A stretch of DNA of 64,000 nucleotides from Minisyncoccota bacterium (lineage in GTDB: Bacteria; Patescibacteriota; Minisyncoccia; Phycocordibacterales; Phycocordibacteraceae), in contig JBAYLD010000001.1 of assembly GCA_041664265.1 (NCBI GenBank), positions 134,358 to 198,357 of the forward strand. Reading direction: 5' to 3'. The translations under genes were made by a program, and so were the position numbers. This document shows positions 19,079-29,558 of this stretch, piece after piece (the first letter of the stretch is position 1; each line of letters starts with the position of its first letter). The notes under the pieces were generated by a model. The model did no database searches. It was not told the DNA's origin and saw only the letters and a list, made by a program, of their open reading frames with translations.

Positions 19079-19558
19079 ATGGGCGTAAACATTAGAGACC
19101 TCACCCGCCAACATCTGAAAGTTTGGGCGGGTTTGCCATTTACAGAAGTGGCTGAAGAGGTATTGCCTGATTGGGACGTCTCGCTTGTCTTTGTAGGAGC
19201 CAAGCGGGCACAAGAATTAAATGAGAGGTTGCGCGGCAAAGACTACATTCCAAACGTCCTTTCTTACGCCCTTGGCGAGAAGTCGGGTGAGATTTTTATT
19301 TGCCCGAGCGAAGCCGCTAAACAAGCCCCCGAATTCCACCTAGCGCCTAGCGCTTATTGCCTGCTTTTGTTTATCCACGGATTGCTGCATATAAAAGGAT
19401 GGGCGCATAGTGCTACGATGGAGGCATGCGAACAAAAGCTCTTGGCACAATTTGCCAAGAGTGGCGCGCACACTTATCCTCATGCCACGACGCATAGCAA
19501 CCGGAATCGACATCGGCACGTACCAGATCAAGATGGTCGTCGTCGAGGAGCTCATTGA
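19079..19558 (+). CDS. ybeY: rRNA maturation endoribonuclease YbeY
   Basis: LNERLRGKDYIPNVLSY, GEIFIC, IHGLLHIKGWAH. Confidence 0.9.
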   Translation: MGVNIRDLTRQHLKVWAGLPFTEVAEEVLPDWDVSLVFVGAKRAQELNERLRGKDYIPNVLSYALGEKSGEIFICPSEAAKQAPEFHLAPSAYCLLLFIHGLLHIKGWAHSATMEACEQKLLAQFAKSGAHTYPHATTHSNRNRHRHVPDQDGRRRGAH

Positions 19559-20642
19559 TAAACGCACCGGTGCGCGGCAATTGCGTATTCTCGGTACAGG
19601 ACTCGCCGAGTCAAAAGGTCTCCGACACGGCTATATCGTCGATAAAGAAGAGGTCTCCACGTGTATCCTCAAGGCGAAGCAGCAGGCCGAAGCGTCGGCG
19701 AAGGTGCCAATACGCGCTGGATTTCTCGCCATTGGCGGTATCTCGCTCGACGAAGCGCGCGCGACCGGTTCTGCGATCATTTCGCGCGCCGATCAGGAGA
19801 TAACCCTTCTCGACATCGAGAAGGCCGGGAAGGTGGCACGCGAGGCTGCGGCGCCCGGCTTCCTCAACCGACACGTCCTGCACAGTATCCCGCTCGAATA
19901 CCGCGTCGACGGCGCGAAGGTGCTTGGCGATCCGCTCGGTATGAAGGGTATCCGGCTCGAGGCCGATTATCTATTCGTCACATGCCTCGCCCAGCATGAG
20001 GAAGCGCTCTCAAAAGCGGTCGAGGATGCGGATATCGAGATCATCGACCAGATGGCCTCCCCGCTCGCGGGCTCGTATGTGCTTCTCGAGGGCGACCAGA
20101 AGATGAAGGGATGCATCCTCGCGAATATCGGCGCGGAGACAGTCTCCATCGTCGTGTACGACGAGGGCATCCCGGTGTCGGTCAAAGTGTTCCCCATGGG
20201 CTCGGGCCACATCACCGACGACATCGCACTCGGATTCCGCATCTCGCTCGAAGAGGCCGAGCGCGTGAAGCTCGGAAGGCTCTCGGGGCAGATGTACCCA
20301 AGAAAAAAAGTCGATGATCTTATCGGCAACCGGCTCACCGCCCTGTTCTCGCTCGTCGACAAGCATTTGAAGTCGCTCGGCCGCCGCGGCCCCTTGCCCG
20401 CCGGTATCATCATCTCGGGCGGCGGCGCCGGTATCAGCTCGGTGAGCGAAGCTGCAAAGGGATCGCTCAAGCTCCCTGCGCGCCTCGCGGAGCTTCGCCT
20501 CTCCGCCGATACAAAAATCCGCGACGCAACCTGGTCAGTCGCCTACGGTCTCGCGCTCTGGGGCCTCACCGGCGACACGAATGCGCCGAAAAAAAGCCTC
20601 AAGGCGTCAATAGGAAAGTTTTTCCGCCAGTTCCTTCCCTGA
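19482..20642 (+). CDS. ftsA: Cell division protein FtsA
   Basis: GIDIGT, SKGLRHG, ANIGAET, ITDDIA, SGGGA; upstream of ftsZ. Confidence 0.92.
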   Translation: MPRRIATGIDIGTYQIKMVVVEELIDKRTGARQLRILGTGLAESKGLRHGYIVDKEEVSTCILKAKQQAEASAKVPIRAGFLAIGGISLDEARATGSAIISRADQEITLLDIEKAGKVAREAAAPGFLNRHVLHSIPLEYRVDGAKVLGDPLGMKGIRLEADYLFVTCLAQHEEALSKAVEDADIEIIDQMASPLAGSYVLLEGDQKMKGCILANIGAETVSIVVYDEGIPVSVKVFPMGSGHITDDIALGFRISLEEAERVKLGRLSGQMYPRKKVDDLIGNRLTALFSLVDKHLKSLGRRGPLPAGIIISGGGAGISSVSEAAKGSLKLPARLAELRLSADTKIRDATWSVAYGLALWGLTGDTNAPKKSLKASIGKFFRQFLP

Positions 20643-20733
20643 ACGACAAAACAACGAGTCGCATCTTACTATTGTCAATATTTGCATACCGCGCGCTTCT
20701 GCTATGATGGCCAGAAGCATTATTTTTATATCT

Positions 20734-22005
20734 ATGTCAAAACGCATTGAACCGGAGATTGAGACATTCGCGAGGATTCGCGTGGTCGGGGTGGGCGGTT
20801 CGGGTAAAAATGCAGTGAATCACATGATCGATTCAAAGGTGCGCGGCGTTGAATTCATCGCGGTCAACTCCGATGCACAAGATCTCCACCGCTCGCTCGC
20901 CAAGCGAAAAATCCATATCGGGAAGAACCTCACGCGCGGCCTCGGCACAGGCATGAATCCCGAGCTCGGCAAGCGCGCCGCTGAAGAAACGCGCCAAGAG
21001 ATCCAGGAAGCGCTCTCGGGGAGCGACATGGTCTTTATCACCTGCGGCATGGGCGGCGGCACTGGTACCGGCTCCGCGCCAACCATCGCAAAGATAGCGA
21101 AGGAAGTCGGTGCGCTCGTCATCGCGGTGGTGACCAAGCCGTTTTCATTCGAAGGCGCGCAGCGCAAAGACATCGCCGAACGCGGTCTCGCCGAACTCAA
21201 GAAAGAAGTGGATGCGTTCATCGTGATCCCGAACGACAAGCTGCTCGCGATTGTCGATAAAAACACGTCGGCGAAAAATGCCTTCGCGCTCTGCGATGAG
21301 ATCTTGCGCCAGGCGGTCGAGGGCGTCTCCGACATCATCACGACACCCGGCGATATCAACACCGACTTCAACGACATCAAAGCGATCATGGAGGGCGCCG
21401 GCCCCGCTTTAATGGGCATCGGCATCGCCGAGGGCGACGAGCGCGCTCAAGAAGCGGCTCGCCAGGCGGTCAATTCTCCCCTTCTTGACGTCTCTATCAG
21501 CGGCGCCAAGGGCGTCCTTTTCGTGGTCGCCGGCTCCGACGACCTCGGCATCATGGAGGTACAGGAGGCCGCCAAGGTCATCAGCGAATCCGTCGATAAG
21601 AGCTCGAAGGTCATCTTCGGCATCATGCGCGACGAGAAGCTCAAGAAGGGACAGATCCGCATTATCGTCATCGCGACCGGCTTCCCTGAAGGCGCTTCTC
21701 ATGCCTCTTCGCCCGCGCTCGAGCGTTCGCTCTTCTCGATGCCAGCCGAACGGCATGAAGAAGAACGCGGTCGCATTTATCATGAGATCTTGAAGCGCTC
21801 CGAAAATACAGAAGACGAAAAATCGGCAAAGGGAAATGCAGGAAATACGAAGGACGAGCCCGTTTTGGATGAAACAATCATGGACATGAAAAACGAACCT
21901 CTTGTCACCGCCCAGCCCCACAAGCGTGAAGTCGCACCGATCGTCCCTGAAGACGATGAAGCGTGGGGCGCGATCCCAGCATTTTTGCGCCGCCATAAGA
22001 AATAA
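20734..22005 (+). CDS. ftsZ: Cell division protein FtsZ
   Basis: GVGGSGKNAV, GMGGGTGTG, C-terminal IPAFLRR. Confidence 0.97.
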   Translation: MSKRIEPEIETFARIRVVGVGGSGKNAVNHMIDSKVRGVEFIAVNSDAQDLHRSLAKRKIHIGKNLTRGLGTGMNPELGKRAAEETRQEIQEALSGSDMVFITCGMGGGTGTGSAPTIAKIAKEVGALVIAVVTKPFSFEGAQRKDIAERGLAELKKEVDAFIVIPNDKLLAIVDKNTSAKNAFALCDEILRQAVEGVSDIITTPGDINTDFNDIKAIMEGAGPALMGIGIAEGDERAQEAARQAVNSPLLDVSISGAKGVLFVVAGSDDLGIMEVQEAAKVISESVDKSSKVIFGIMRDEKLKKGQIRIIVIATGFPEGASHASSPALERSLFSMPAERHEEERGRIYHEILKRSENTEDEKSAKGNAGNTKDEPVLDETIMDMKNEPLVTAQPHKREVAPIVPEDDEAWGAIPAFLRRHKK

Positions 22006-22116
22006 AACCCCAAAGCTGGTTTTATTTCTTTCTCCCAGCACTCGCTCAGAAGAATGAAATAAGAATTTCATTCTTCGTTCGCTCGCTTGGTAGTAAGAAG
22101 TGATAGAATATAAAGA

Positions 22117-23052
22117 ATGAACGATTTGATAATCATCGGCGGGGGGCCGGCGGGAGTGGCGGCGGGTATATATGCCGCGCGGAAACAATTAAAAACTCTT
22201 TTAATAACTGAAGAGGTCGGTGGGCAGTCGGTTGTTTCAGACGGTATCGAGAACTGGATCGGTACACCGAGGGTGAGCGGCGCTGACCTCGCGAAGTCGC
22301 TCCGCGCGCATCTTGATGCCGTCAAAGGTGATTTTGTAACGCTCGCGCTCGGCGAGCGCGTCACCTCGCTTGAATCCCGCAGCGGTTTTACCGCCACAAC
22401 AGCATCGGGCAAAGCGTTCTCGGCAAAGGCCATACTGATCGCCTCGGGCGCCGGGCGCCGCAAACTGGATATTCCCGGAGCGGAGAAGTTTGAGAACAAG
22501 GGCGTGACCTACTGCGCCTCCTGCGACGGACTCCTCTTCGCGGGCCAAGATGTCGCAGTCGTCGGCGGCGGCAACGCGGGATTCGAGACCGCACTCCAGC
22601 TCCTCGCCTACGCAAAGTCGGTCACACTCATCCACCGCTATCCGGACTTCAAAGCCGACCCGATCACCGTCGAGAAGGCGCTCGCGCATCCGAACATGCG
22701 CGCGATCAAGAATGCCGAGCCAGTTGAAGTGGTGGGCGAGCAGTTTGTAACCGGTTTGAAATATAAAAACAAAGATTCCCTGGTCGGGCAGGATGGCGAG
22801 ATAAAAGAAATCGCCGTCTCCGGCATCTTCGTCGAAGCGGGCGTTATCCCGAACACGCAGTTCGCTGAAGGGCTTGTCGAGCTTGATACGGTGAAGCGTG
22901 TGAAGGCTGATCCGCGCAATCAGCGCACCACTATCGACGGCATATGGGCCGCAGGAGACTGTACTGATGAGTTGTACCACCAGAACAACATCGCCGCCGG
23001 CGACGGAGTGAAGGCACTCGAAGACATCTACCTCTGGATCAAGAAGCAGTAG
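22117..23052 (+). CDS. trxB: Thioredoxin reductase-like FAD oxidoreductase
   Basis: GGGPAG, YCASCDG, VGGGNAG, WAAGD. Confidence 0.85.
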   Translation: MNDLIIIGGGPAGVAAGIYAARKQLKTLLITEEVGGQSVVSDGIENWIGTPRVSGADLAKSLRAHLDAVKGDFVTLALGERVTSLESRSGFTATTASGKAFSAKAILIASGAGRRKLDIPGAEKFENKGVTYCASCDGLLFAGQDVAVVGGGNAGFETALQLLAYAKSVTLIHRYPDFKADPITVEKALAHPNMRAIKNAEPVEVVGEQFVTGLKYKNKDSLVGQDGEIKEIAVSGIFVEAGVIPNTQFAEGLVELDTVKRVKADPRNQRTTIDGIWAAGDCTDELYHQNNIAAGDGVKALEDIYLWIKKQ

Positions 23053-23061
23053 TTGGCTTTT

Positions 23062-23277
23062 TTATAAATCGATAAATTCTTCCGGCGAGTAACCAGTCTC
23101 CCGTAAAATCTGCCTCAGGAGCCCGGGACCGATGATGTCGTGCAGAGGCACACTCGTTGGCGGGCGGTTCTTATGCTCAAACCACACATGACTTCCCCGC
23201 TGGCGCACAAAACAATATCCGCCACGCTCAAGTTTTTTGATAACGTCCTTCCCCGAGAGCCGCGGGAGACGGGGCAT
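23062..23277 (-). CDS. hicA: HicA-family toxin
   Basis: RQRGSHVWF...VPLH..IGPGLLRQI. Confidence 0.85.
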   Translation of the reverse strand: MPRLPRLSGKDVIKKLERGGYCFVRQRGSHVWFEHKNRPPTSVPLHDIIGPGLLRQILRETGYSPEEFIDL

Positions 23278-23278
23278 A

Positions 23279-23506
23279 TTAGGCCGCGATCAGATGGACA
23301 CTCACTTGAGTATCGTGATGCGATTCTTTTTCATCTTCGCTTTCAAGGCAAAGCTCTGTCGCCTCTTGTACATTTGCGAGTGCTTCCTCAATGGTTTTCC
23401 CTTGGCTATAACAACCCATAAGCGAGGGGTTAACTGCAACAAAGAAACCATCCTCGTCTCTCTCGACGACAATTGGGAACCAACGCTGATGGTCAAGCTG
23501 TTTCAT
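23279..23506 (-). CDS. hicB: HicB-family antitoxin (short, no DNA-binding domain)
   Basis: ERDEDGFFVA..PSLMGCYSQGKTIEEALANVQEA. Confidence 0.85.
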   Translation of the reverse strand: MKQLDHQRWFPIVVERDEDGFFVAVNPSLMGCYSQGKTIEEALANVQEATELCLESEDEKESHHDTQVSVHLIAA

Positions 23507-23545
23507 TGGTCTTTAGTATAGAGAAATTCTCACCGCGCCACAATC

Positions 23546-23574
23546 TTGACAAGGCATATAAGGTATGCTATCCT
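23546..23574 (+). promoter_or_regulatory. Sigma70-type promoter
   Basis: TTGACA-17 nt-TATCCT with a TGn extension. Confidence 0.55.
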
Positions 23575-23637
23575 GCCTACAGAAGTTCTTCGATAGTAAT
23601 TCGCTCCTTAAGGAGCCCAGCGGAAGGAGGGTTGAAG

Positions 23638-24183
23638 ATGGGGATAGTGAAGTGGGTGCCAAATGCCTTGTCGGCATTTCGCGTTTTGGCCGCGATTCTC
23701 GTACTGTATTTTTCGGTTACGGGAGCGTGGGTGGCGGTGTTTGCTTTAATCATCTGCGGGTATCTGTCGGATCTTCTCGACGGGCCCATAGCCAGGCGAT
23801 TCAATGCCGAGTCGCCGCACGGAAAAGCTATCGACCTCACGGCTGATGTCGTGTTCGACGAGGCGATAGTCGGCGGGCTGGTAATGACGAATCAAGTCGG
23901 CGGATGGTTAGCGATACTTGCTGCCGCTGCGATCGTCATCATCAGATTGCCGGGATTCTTCAGTCAACGATGGATCTATTGGTTCGGAACGATCATGTTA
24001 CCAATCTGGAGCGTGTGTATGCTCTGGCTGGTCGGCATCTGCATTCGCGAGGCCTTCGGCTTCCGAGGATTGCAGATTGCATTGATCACGGCTATCCCGA
24101 CCGCTCTCATCGTCGCTTTCTTGAAAAGAGAGCGCATAACCCAGGACGTCAAAACGTTCTTAACAGCGTTTTTCTCGAAGTAA
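23638..24183 (+). CDS. CDP-alcohol phosphatidyltransferase family protein
   Basis: PNALSAFR; DLLDGPIARRFNAESPHGKAIDLTAD matches the DG..AR...G...D...D motif. Confidence 0.85.
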   Translation: MGIVKWVPNALSAFRVLAAILVLYFSVTGAWVAVFALIICGYLSDLLDGPIARRFNAESPHGKAIDLTADVVFDEAIVGGLVMTNQVGGWLAILAAAAIVIIRLPGFFSQRWIYWFGTIMLPIWSVCMLWLVGICIREAFGFRGLQIALITAIPTALIVAFLKRERITQDVKTFLTAFFSK

Positions 24184-24200
24184 CTGAAAGGAGGTTCGTT

Positions 24201-24422
24201 ATGGCAACGAGGATATTCGCAGGAATAATGGGCGCAGGACTCATGCTTATGGTTTTTGGCGGCCTGAGTGAAAATTGGGTACGAAGCCGAGAATCGGGGG
24301 GAGGGGTCATCAAGGCAATGCGCAAACACCCGTGGAGAACACTTGACGTCGCAGCGCGTTGCATAGTGGCCCTCGCTCTCGGATCTTCACTGATGCTATA
24401 TGCGATACTCGGGCATTTGTAA
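24201..24422 (+). CDS. Small two-TM hypothetical protein
   Basis: SD aaggagg before ATG 24201; two hydrophobic helices. Confidence 0.55.
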   Translation: MATRIFAGIMGAGLMLMVFGGLSENWVRSRESGGGVIKAMRKHPWRTLDVAARCIVALALGSSLMLYAILGHL

Positions 24423-24477
24423 TTCAAAGGCTGTAACGCCCAAAAACCCCGCGAGGAAACTCGCGGGGCTGTTGTTT

Positions 24478-25107
24478 TTATACATTCGATTTTTGTTTCG
24501 CCTTTCGTTTTTTGATGATGAGATACGCAATGAGCAGTACGATAAGCGCTACGAGCACGACAGGGCCGAATTCGCTCATGAAGGCGAGGATAGGGCGATA
24601 ATTACTCCCAAAGAAGTAGCCTATGATTATGAAGATCCCGATGCCGGTAAAAACACCCGGGGTATTATAGAAGAAGAACTGCCGGTACGGCACGCCATAG
24701 ACGCCCGCTAAAAAGGGTGTAATCCACGAGAAGGGGCCGGCGAGGCGTGCAAAAAAGAGGCTCTTCGACCCGAATCGCTCAAAAAAAGCCTGCCCTTTCT
24801 GGTAGTTGGTATGGCTGAAGAAGCGCGCTTCTTTCCTGAACAGCCTCATCCCAAAATGCTTGCCGATGAAATAGCTTGAGTGGTCGCCCAGTATGCCCCC
24901 TGTGAAAAGAGCAAGAGCGACCAGCCAGATGTTGAGTATCCCCGCCCCCGCGAGGACGGCGCCCGGCAAAAAGAACATTTCTCCATAGATAAAGAAGCCG
25001 ATGCCGATGAGCGTCTCGAAGTACGAACCAAAAAAGAGCACCCCATATGCGAGGATCTGGTGTGCCTCGAGAAATGCGGTAACGGTTGCAATGGTAATTA
25101 TTGGCAT
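24478..25107 (-). CDS. DedA family membrane protein
   Basis: ETLIGIGFFIYGE, GDHSSYFIG, FFARLAG. Confidence 0.88.
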   Translation of the reverse strand: MPIITIATVTAFLEAHQILAYGVLFFGSYFETLIGIGFFIYGEMFFLPGAVLAGAGILNIWLVALALFTGGILGDHSSYFIGKHFGMRLFRKEARFFSHTNYQKGQAFFERFGSKSLFFARLAGPFSWITPFLAGVYGVPYRQFFFYNTPGVFTGIGIFIIIGYFFGSNYRPILAFMSEFGPVVLVALIVLLIAYLIIKKRKAKQKSNV

Positions 25108-26216
25108 AGGTATGTCGCGGATCTGCGAAGTAATTCAACAAAACCCGCGTACACCTCCTCGACGGTTATTTGGTCTATAAAGCCATTCTTCTTGGCGAAG
25201 AACATTTGATAGAGCCCGCGCCCGCGCGACTTATCAATAATCACATCTTTACTGCTCCACGGCAGGTAGAAGTGCGGCCCGGGCCCCAAGATCGTGAGGC
25301 TACGCGTATCTGCCAGGTGCGCCATGTTGGCCGGGCCGCTATCGACACCGATGAAATAGTCGCTCTCCCTCAAGGCCAGCAGGAGCTGCGGCAGATTTAT
25401 TTTGCCGATAAGAGAATAGACGGGAAATCCCAGTTTTGATGCAATGAGATTGTAGTCACCAGCATCCTCTTCCCCGCCAACAAAGATGAAGCGGAAATCG
25501 TCGAGCGACTGCAGTTTGTTCAGAAGCGCGGTCCACTTCTCGATATCCCATTTTTTCATTATCCAGCTCGCACCGGTGTGAATAATTACTTTCTTTTGCG
25601 CTGTCTGAAATGCCTCAAGGTGTTGGACGTCGGCGAGTTCGCTTTCTGTAAAATGCAGCGGTTCACCATAGGAGGATTTTTGTAACTTTCCGCCCAGCAT
25701 TTCAAAATTGAGCTCTATCCATTGCTTGGGAGGCTTCCGGTTGAGCAAACTGCCCCAGAGATGCAGTGCATATCCGCTGTACTCACGAAGGCCGGTGCGT
25801 ATGTTATTCGCGGCTATGGTACGTATGAGACGGAAGGCGTCCTTGCTGATCCTCATGACGAATACCGTGTCATACGCGTCAAAAACTTGTTCCGTATGCT
25901 CTGCTTCTTCACTACTCCGCCTATAGAGCGACTTGGCGACATACACCCGCCGCACGCCGCATATCTTCTCGGCCAACGGCTTCAAAGGCGGCGATACCAT
26001 CAGATCGACGGCGCCGCCTTCGTGGCGCTGTATATACTCCCGCATCGCTGGTATCGAAGCGGCGAACTCCCCGATGAGGCAGGTGTTCACGATTAGTACG
26101 CTGCCCGTTTTTTTGGCGCGGCTTTTTGTGAAAAAGCTGCTCACCACAAGCGCACAAAAGAGGGGGATTTCCTGGTAGAGATTGAGATAATCCCAGTTTG
26201 CTTTTCTTCCGTTCAT
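25098..26216 (-). CDS. Glycosyltransferase family 9 protein
   Basis: IGE, IHTGASWIMKKW, FIGVDSGPANMA. Confidence 0.8.
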   Translation of the reverse strand: MNGRKANWDYLNLYQEIPLFCALVVSSFFTKSRAKKTGSVLIVNTCLIGEFAASIPAMREYIQRHEGGAVDLMVSPPLKPLAEKICGVRRVYVAKSLYRRSSEEAEHTEQVFDAYDTVFVMRISKDAFRLIRTIAANNIRTGLREYSGYALHLWGSLLNRKPPKQWIELNFEMLGGKLQKSSYGEPLHFTESELADVQHLEAFQTAQKKVIIHTGASWIMKKWDIEKWTALLNKLQSLDDFRFIFVGGEEDAGDYNLIASKLGFPVYSLIGKINLPQLLLALRESDYFIGVDSGPANMAHLADTRSLTILGPGPHFYLPWSSKDVIIDKSRGRGLYQMFFAKKNGFIDQITVEEVYAGFVELLRRSATYLCQ

Positions 26217-26256
26217 CGTCGTGGCGCGGGGGCGCAGATGAGGCTATACTAGCACA

Positions 26257-26955
26257 ATGCACCGACGATTTTTCTCTATTGTCGTCCCTGTCTATAACGA
26301 AGAGCGCATTATCGAGAAGGCCTTGGAGTATCTACTCTCTATAGAGTATCCGAAGGATCGCTACGAGATTATCGTCGTTGAGAATGGCTCGACCGACGCG
26401 ACGTTCGCATTAGCAAAGAAGCATGAGTCCAGAAATTGCCACGTGTGCCAATCAGAGAAGGGCGTCTCAAAGGCGCGCAACTTCGGTGCCACCCAATGCT
26501 CCCCGGATATGGAGTGGTGCATCTTCCTCGATGCTGATACTTTTTTGAAAAAAAACATCCTGAATGAAATAAGCGCGTATCTCGATGCCCATCCGGACGT
26601 CGCCTTCGGGACAACCACCGTATGGCTCGACGACGAAACATTCGCGGGCAGGTTCTGGTCACGCTACCTCAATAGCACCGACCGGCTGGTGAAGATCATG
26701 CACCGCGCGCATATCGTCCGACGCGACTTGATTGATAAGGTTAGCTATGACGAGGAGCTCGTCTCGGGCGAAGATATGAAGTACTCCCGGGCGCTCGCGA
26801 AATACGGGAAGTATTTCTTTATGCCCACCGACCAGGTCATCACCTCGGCGCGGCGCTTCAAGCAGAAGGGTTATCTCAAGATGTTCTTCATCAATATGCA
26901 GTCCGGGCTGCCGAAGCACCTGCTTAAGCGCTGCGGCTGGGAGGCTATTCGCTGA
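26257..26955 (+). CDS. Glycosyltransferase family 2 protein
   Basis: SIVVPVYNEE, VENGSTD, FLDAD, GED, TSARRF. Confidence 0.9.
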   Translation: MHRRFFSIVVPVYNEERIIEKALEYLLSIEYPKDRYEIIVVENGSTDATFALAKKHESRNCHVCQSEKGVSKARNFGATQCSPDMEWCIFLDADTFLKKNILNEISAYLDAHPDVAFGTTTVWLDDETFAGRFWSRYLNSTDRLVKIMHRAHIVRRDLIDKVSYDEELVSGEDMKYSRALAKYGKYFFMPTDQVITSARRFKQKGYLKMFFINMQSGLPKHLLKRCGWEAIR

Positions 26956-26958
26956 ATT

Positions 26959-29238
26959 TTATCTCCCTCCGCGTTGCAACACTTGTAGCGCCTGCCGGGC
27001 GCCACCATGGCGTGGGTTTACCGCGAGTGCCTTCTCCCACTCTTGCCGCGCGGCCGCAGAATCGCCCATCTGATACCGCAACAGGCCAAAATTGTAGTAG
27101 ACATCATCATAAAAAGGATTGATCAGGATTTCTTGCCGATATTCTTCTTCAGCTTCCGCCCATTCACCACGCGCCGCGTAGATCAAGCCGAGATTATTGT
27201 GCGCCATCGTCTCTTTGGGATTCAGCGCGAGCGCTCGCCGGCTGTACTCCTCAGCAAGCGAATAGTTCTGATCAAGATACTGCATCGCACCAAGATTCTT
27301 CTGCGCGAGCGGCGAGTGCGGAGAATGCGAAGCGGCGTTTTGCCAAAATACCAGCCGGTTAGCAAAAACATCTTGGTGTACGAAAGTGATGCCAAGATAG
27401 AGGAATACTATCGGGAGTGCCAGTAAGGACCGTTCGTAATGCATTGCATTAAAATACCAGCCCACGCGGCTTTCTGCGATAAAGATAAGCAGTCCAATGA
27501 TCGGCACGTAGAGGCGATGTTCGATAAAGTCCGCCGTGCCGGATATGTCGGGCCTCACGAACGAGGGCCAGAGGAAGAGGAGAAACCAGGCGAGACCAAA
27601 CAACATCATGCAATACGTATGTCGGGAGGTTTGTCTTTTGCGCACCTGCCAGAATACCACTGCAGTCATGAGCGCGATGGCGAGATACCCCCAAAGAAAC
27701 GTCGTGTCCTGCAATATCGGCAGGACGGAGAGATTGAAAGGGAAAAACACCTTCCCCAGAAGCGGCAATGTACCGGGGACGTTTTTTATAAATCCAAAAA
27801 CGATATCGCGCAGCGGCATCGCAAGCGCCTCGCCCATTATAAGGAGGCGGAGCGGGAAATAGAGCGCGAGCGAGAGCCCCCACCCCGCGCTAAGCTGCAA
27901 CAACGTCGACTTATTCATCGCACCGCGAATGAAAAGGTACCCGACGCAGAGGAACGGCAGAACGATCGCGGTCTCCTTCGTGAAAAGGGCCAGAGTAAAG
28001 AAGAATACAGACCATCGAAGCGCTTTTTGCTTCCCTTCTGCGTTCGTGCCTATAAAATCCAATAGGTAGATGAACGACGCTAAAACAAAAACCGCAAGCA
28101 AAGAATCGTTCCTTCCTGGTATCCAGGCCACTGCTTGAGTCAAAGCCGGATGCACGACGAACACAAGTCCTGCAAAAAGCGAGATGCGTTTTGAATATGT
28201 CAGCTTCGCAAAGAGTGCGTATACCAGGCACGCGGCAACGAGATGAATACCGACGTTCACGAGGTGGTAGAACAGCGGCATCGCCCCGTCGACAATCGCC
28301 TCGGGGATGAAGGAGATCGTGAGGAGTGGGCGGTAATAGAGCGTCGTGTCTTGCGCCGCGGCGAACACGCCATCGGCAAACGCACCGAAGAGGTACCAAA
28401 AGTCCTCGAGTGCAGCGAGGTTATCCAAGATGAGCACGTGATCATCCAGATAGGTGAAGCCGAAGAAAAATGATTTTGCATATAGCAGTACCCCCACGCC
28501 ACAAATGACTGCGTAGGCCGCATAGGTGCGTGCTGCGAGCCAGTGGCGCAAAGCGACACCCAGGGTTTGTAGGCCGTACTTGATGCTACGAGAGAAGTTA
28601 ATGCTGGAGGCCTCGGGGAAATAGCGCACCGGGACAGGAATCTCCCCAATGCGGTACTTCTCCTCAACTGCCTGGAACAACACTTGGGTATCGAATACAA
28701 AATCATCAGAGTTGCTTGAAAAATCAATCTGCGCCAGCACCTCGCGCGTATAGGCGCGCATGCCGGTGTGCCATTCTGAAAGGTCATATCCGCTGGCGAG
28801 ATTCTCTATGAACGTCAGGAATCGATTTGCGTAATATTTATATGCTGGCATACCTCCCGCGAGCGTCTCTCCCCTGCTCCTTATCCTTGAGCCAAGAACG
28901 ATGTCAAAATAGCCATCTCGGATCAAACCGACAAAATGAGGTATGAGCTTCGGGTCATATTGGTAGTCGGGATGAAGCATGACGACAATATCGGCACCGT
29001 GCGCAAGCGCTGCCTCGTAGCAGGTCTTCTGATTGGCGCCGTAGCCCCTATTCTTGTCGTGGGTGATGACCGTGAGAGCGAGCGATTCTGCCACGCGTAT
29101 CGTCTCGTCGTGGGAGCCGTCATCGACGAGGATGATTTCATCAACGAATTCTTTTGGTATATCTGCGACCGTCTTCTCGAGTGTCTTTGCCGCGTTGTAC
29201 GCGGGAAGCACGACAATGACCTTCGGTTTTTCATCCAT
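26959..29238 (-). CDS. GT2 (polyprenol-phosphate sugar synthase-like) fused to TMTC-like GT-C and TPR repeats
   Basis: [21 protein letters not shown]-terminus, then YLDD, YYRPL, VHP, GRNDSL, KE, EHRLY, then TPRs; start MDEKPK after tRNA-Ser. Confidence 0.8.
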   Translation of the reverse strand: MDEKPKVIVVLPAYNAAKTLEKTVADIPKEFVDEIILVDDGSHDETIRVAESLALTVITHDKNRGYGANQKTCYEAALAHGADIVVMLHPDYQYDPKLIPHFVGLIRDGYFDIVLGSRIRSRGETLAGGMPAYKYYANRFLTFIENLASGYDLSEWHTGMRAYTREVLAQIDFSSNSDDFVFDTQVLFQAVEEKYRIGEIPVPVRYFPEASSINFSRSIKYGLQTLGVALRHWLAARTYAAYAVICGVGVLLYAKSFFFGFTYLDDHVLILDNLAALEDFWYLFGAFADGVFAAAQDTTLYYRPLLTISFIPEAIVDGAMPLFYHLVNVGIHLVAACLVYALFAKLTYSKRISLFAGLVFVVHPALTQAVAWIPGRNDSLLAVFVLASFIYLLDFIGTNAEGKQKALRWSVFFFTLALFTKETAIVLPFLCVGYLFIRGAMNKSTLLQLSAGWGLSLALYFPLRLLIMGEALAMPLRDIVFGFIKNVPGTLPLLGKVFFPFNLSVLPILQDTTFLWGYLAIALMTAVVFWQVRKRQTSRHTYCMMLFGLAWFLLFLWPSFVRPDISGTADFIEHRLYVPIIGLLIFIAESRVGWYFNAMHYERSLLALPIVFLYLGITFVHQDVFANRLVFWQNAASHSPHSPLAQKNLGAMQYLDQNYSLAEEYSRRALALNPKETMAHNNLGLIYAARGEWAEAEEEYRQEILINPFYDDVYYNFGLLRYQMGDSAAARQEWEKALAVNPRHGGARQALQVLQRGGR

Positions 29239-29244
29239 AGACTG

Positions 29245-29331
29245 CGGAGGCGGGAGGATTCGAACCCCCGATGCCCTTTCGGACATACTAGTTTTCGAAA
29301 CTAGCGCGATCGACCACTCTGCCACGCCTCC
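29245..29331 (-). tRNA. tRNA-Ser(CGA)
   Basis: ggaggcg acceptor, ctagt-ttCGAaa-actag, long variable arm. Confidence 0.93.
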
Positions 29332-29381
29332 GGTACTGGCCATCCTAGCATTTCGAGGCAAAAATGATAAGGTTTATGCGA

Positions 29382-29453
29382 GGCCCTATCGTCTAACGGT
29401 TAGGACGCCGGCTTTTCAAGCCGATAACCGGGGTTCGATTCCCCGTAGGGCTA
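29382..29453 (+). tRNA. tRNA-Glu(TTC)
   Basis: ggcccta acceptor; loop ttTTCaa. Confidence 0.92.
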
Positions 29454-29483
29454 CAAATTGAAATTGTGGTATAGTCTACTTAC

Positions 29484-29557
29484 GCGCGCTTAGCTCAGTT
29501 GGTTAGAGCGTCTCATTGACGTTGAGAAGGTCGGGGATTCGAATTCCTCAGCGCGCA
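29484..29557 (+). tRNA. tRNA-Val(GAC)
   Basis: gcgcgct acceptor; tctca-ttGACgt-tgaga. Confidence 0.92.
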
Positions 29558-29558
29558 C

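Noticed and set aside
23062-23506. hicB-hicA order as a novelty
   Set aside because: hicBA order with a short HicB is a known arrangement.
29239-29361. N-terminal ORF extensions running across RNA genes (also 36908-37009 and 62560-62646)
   Set aside because: They overlap tRNA-Ser, tRNA-Phe and tmRNA. Downstream ATGs give sensible starts.
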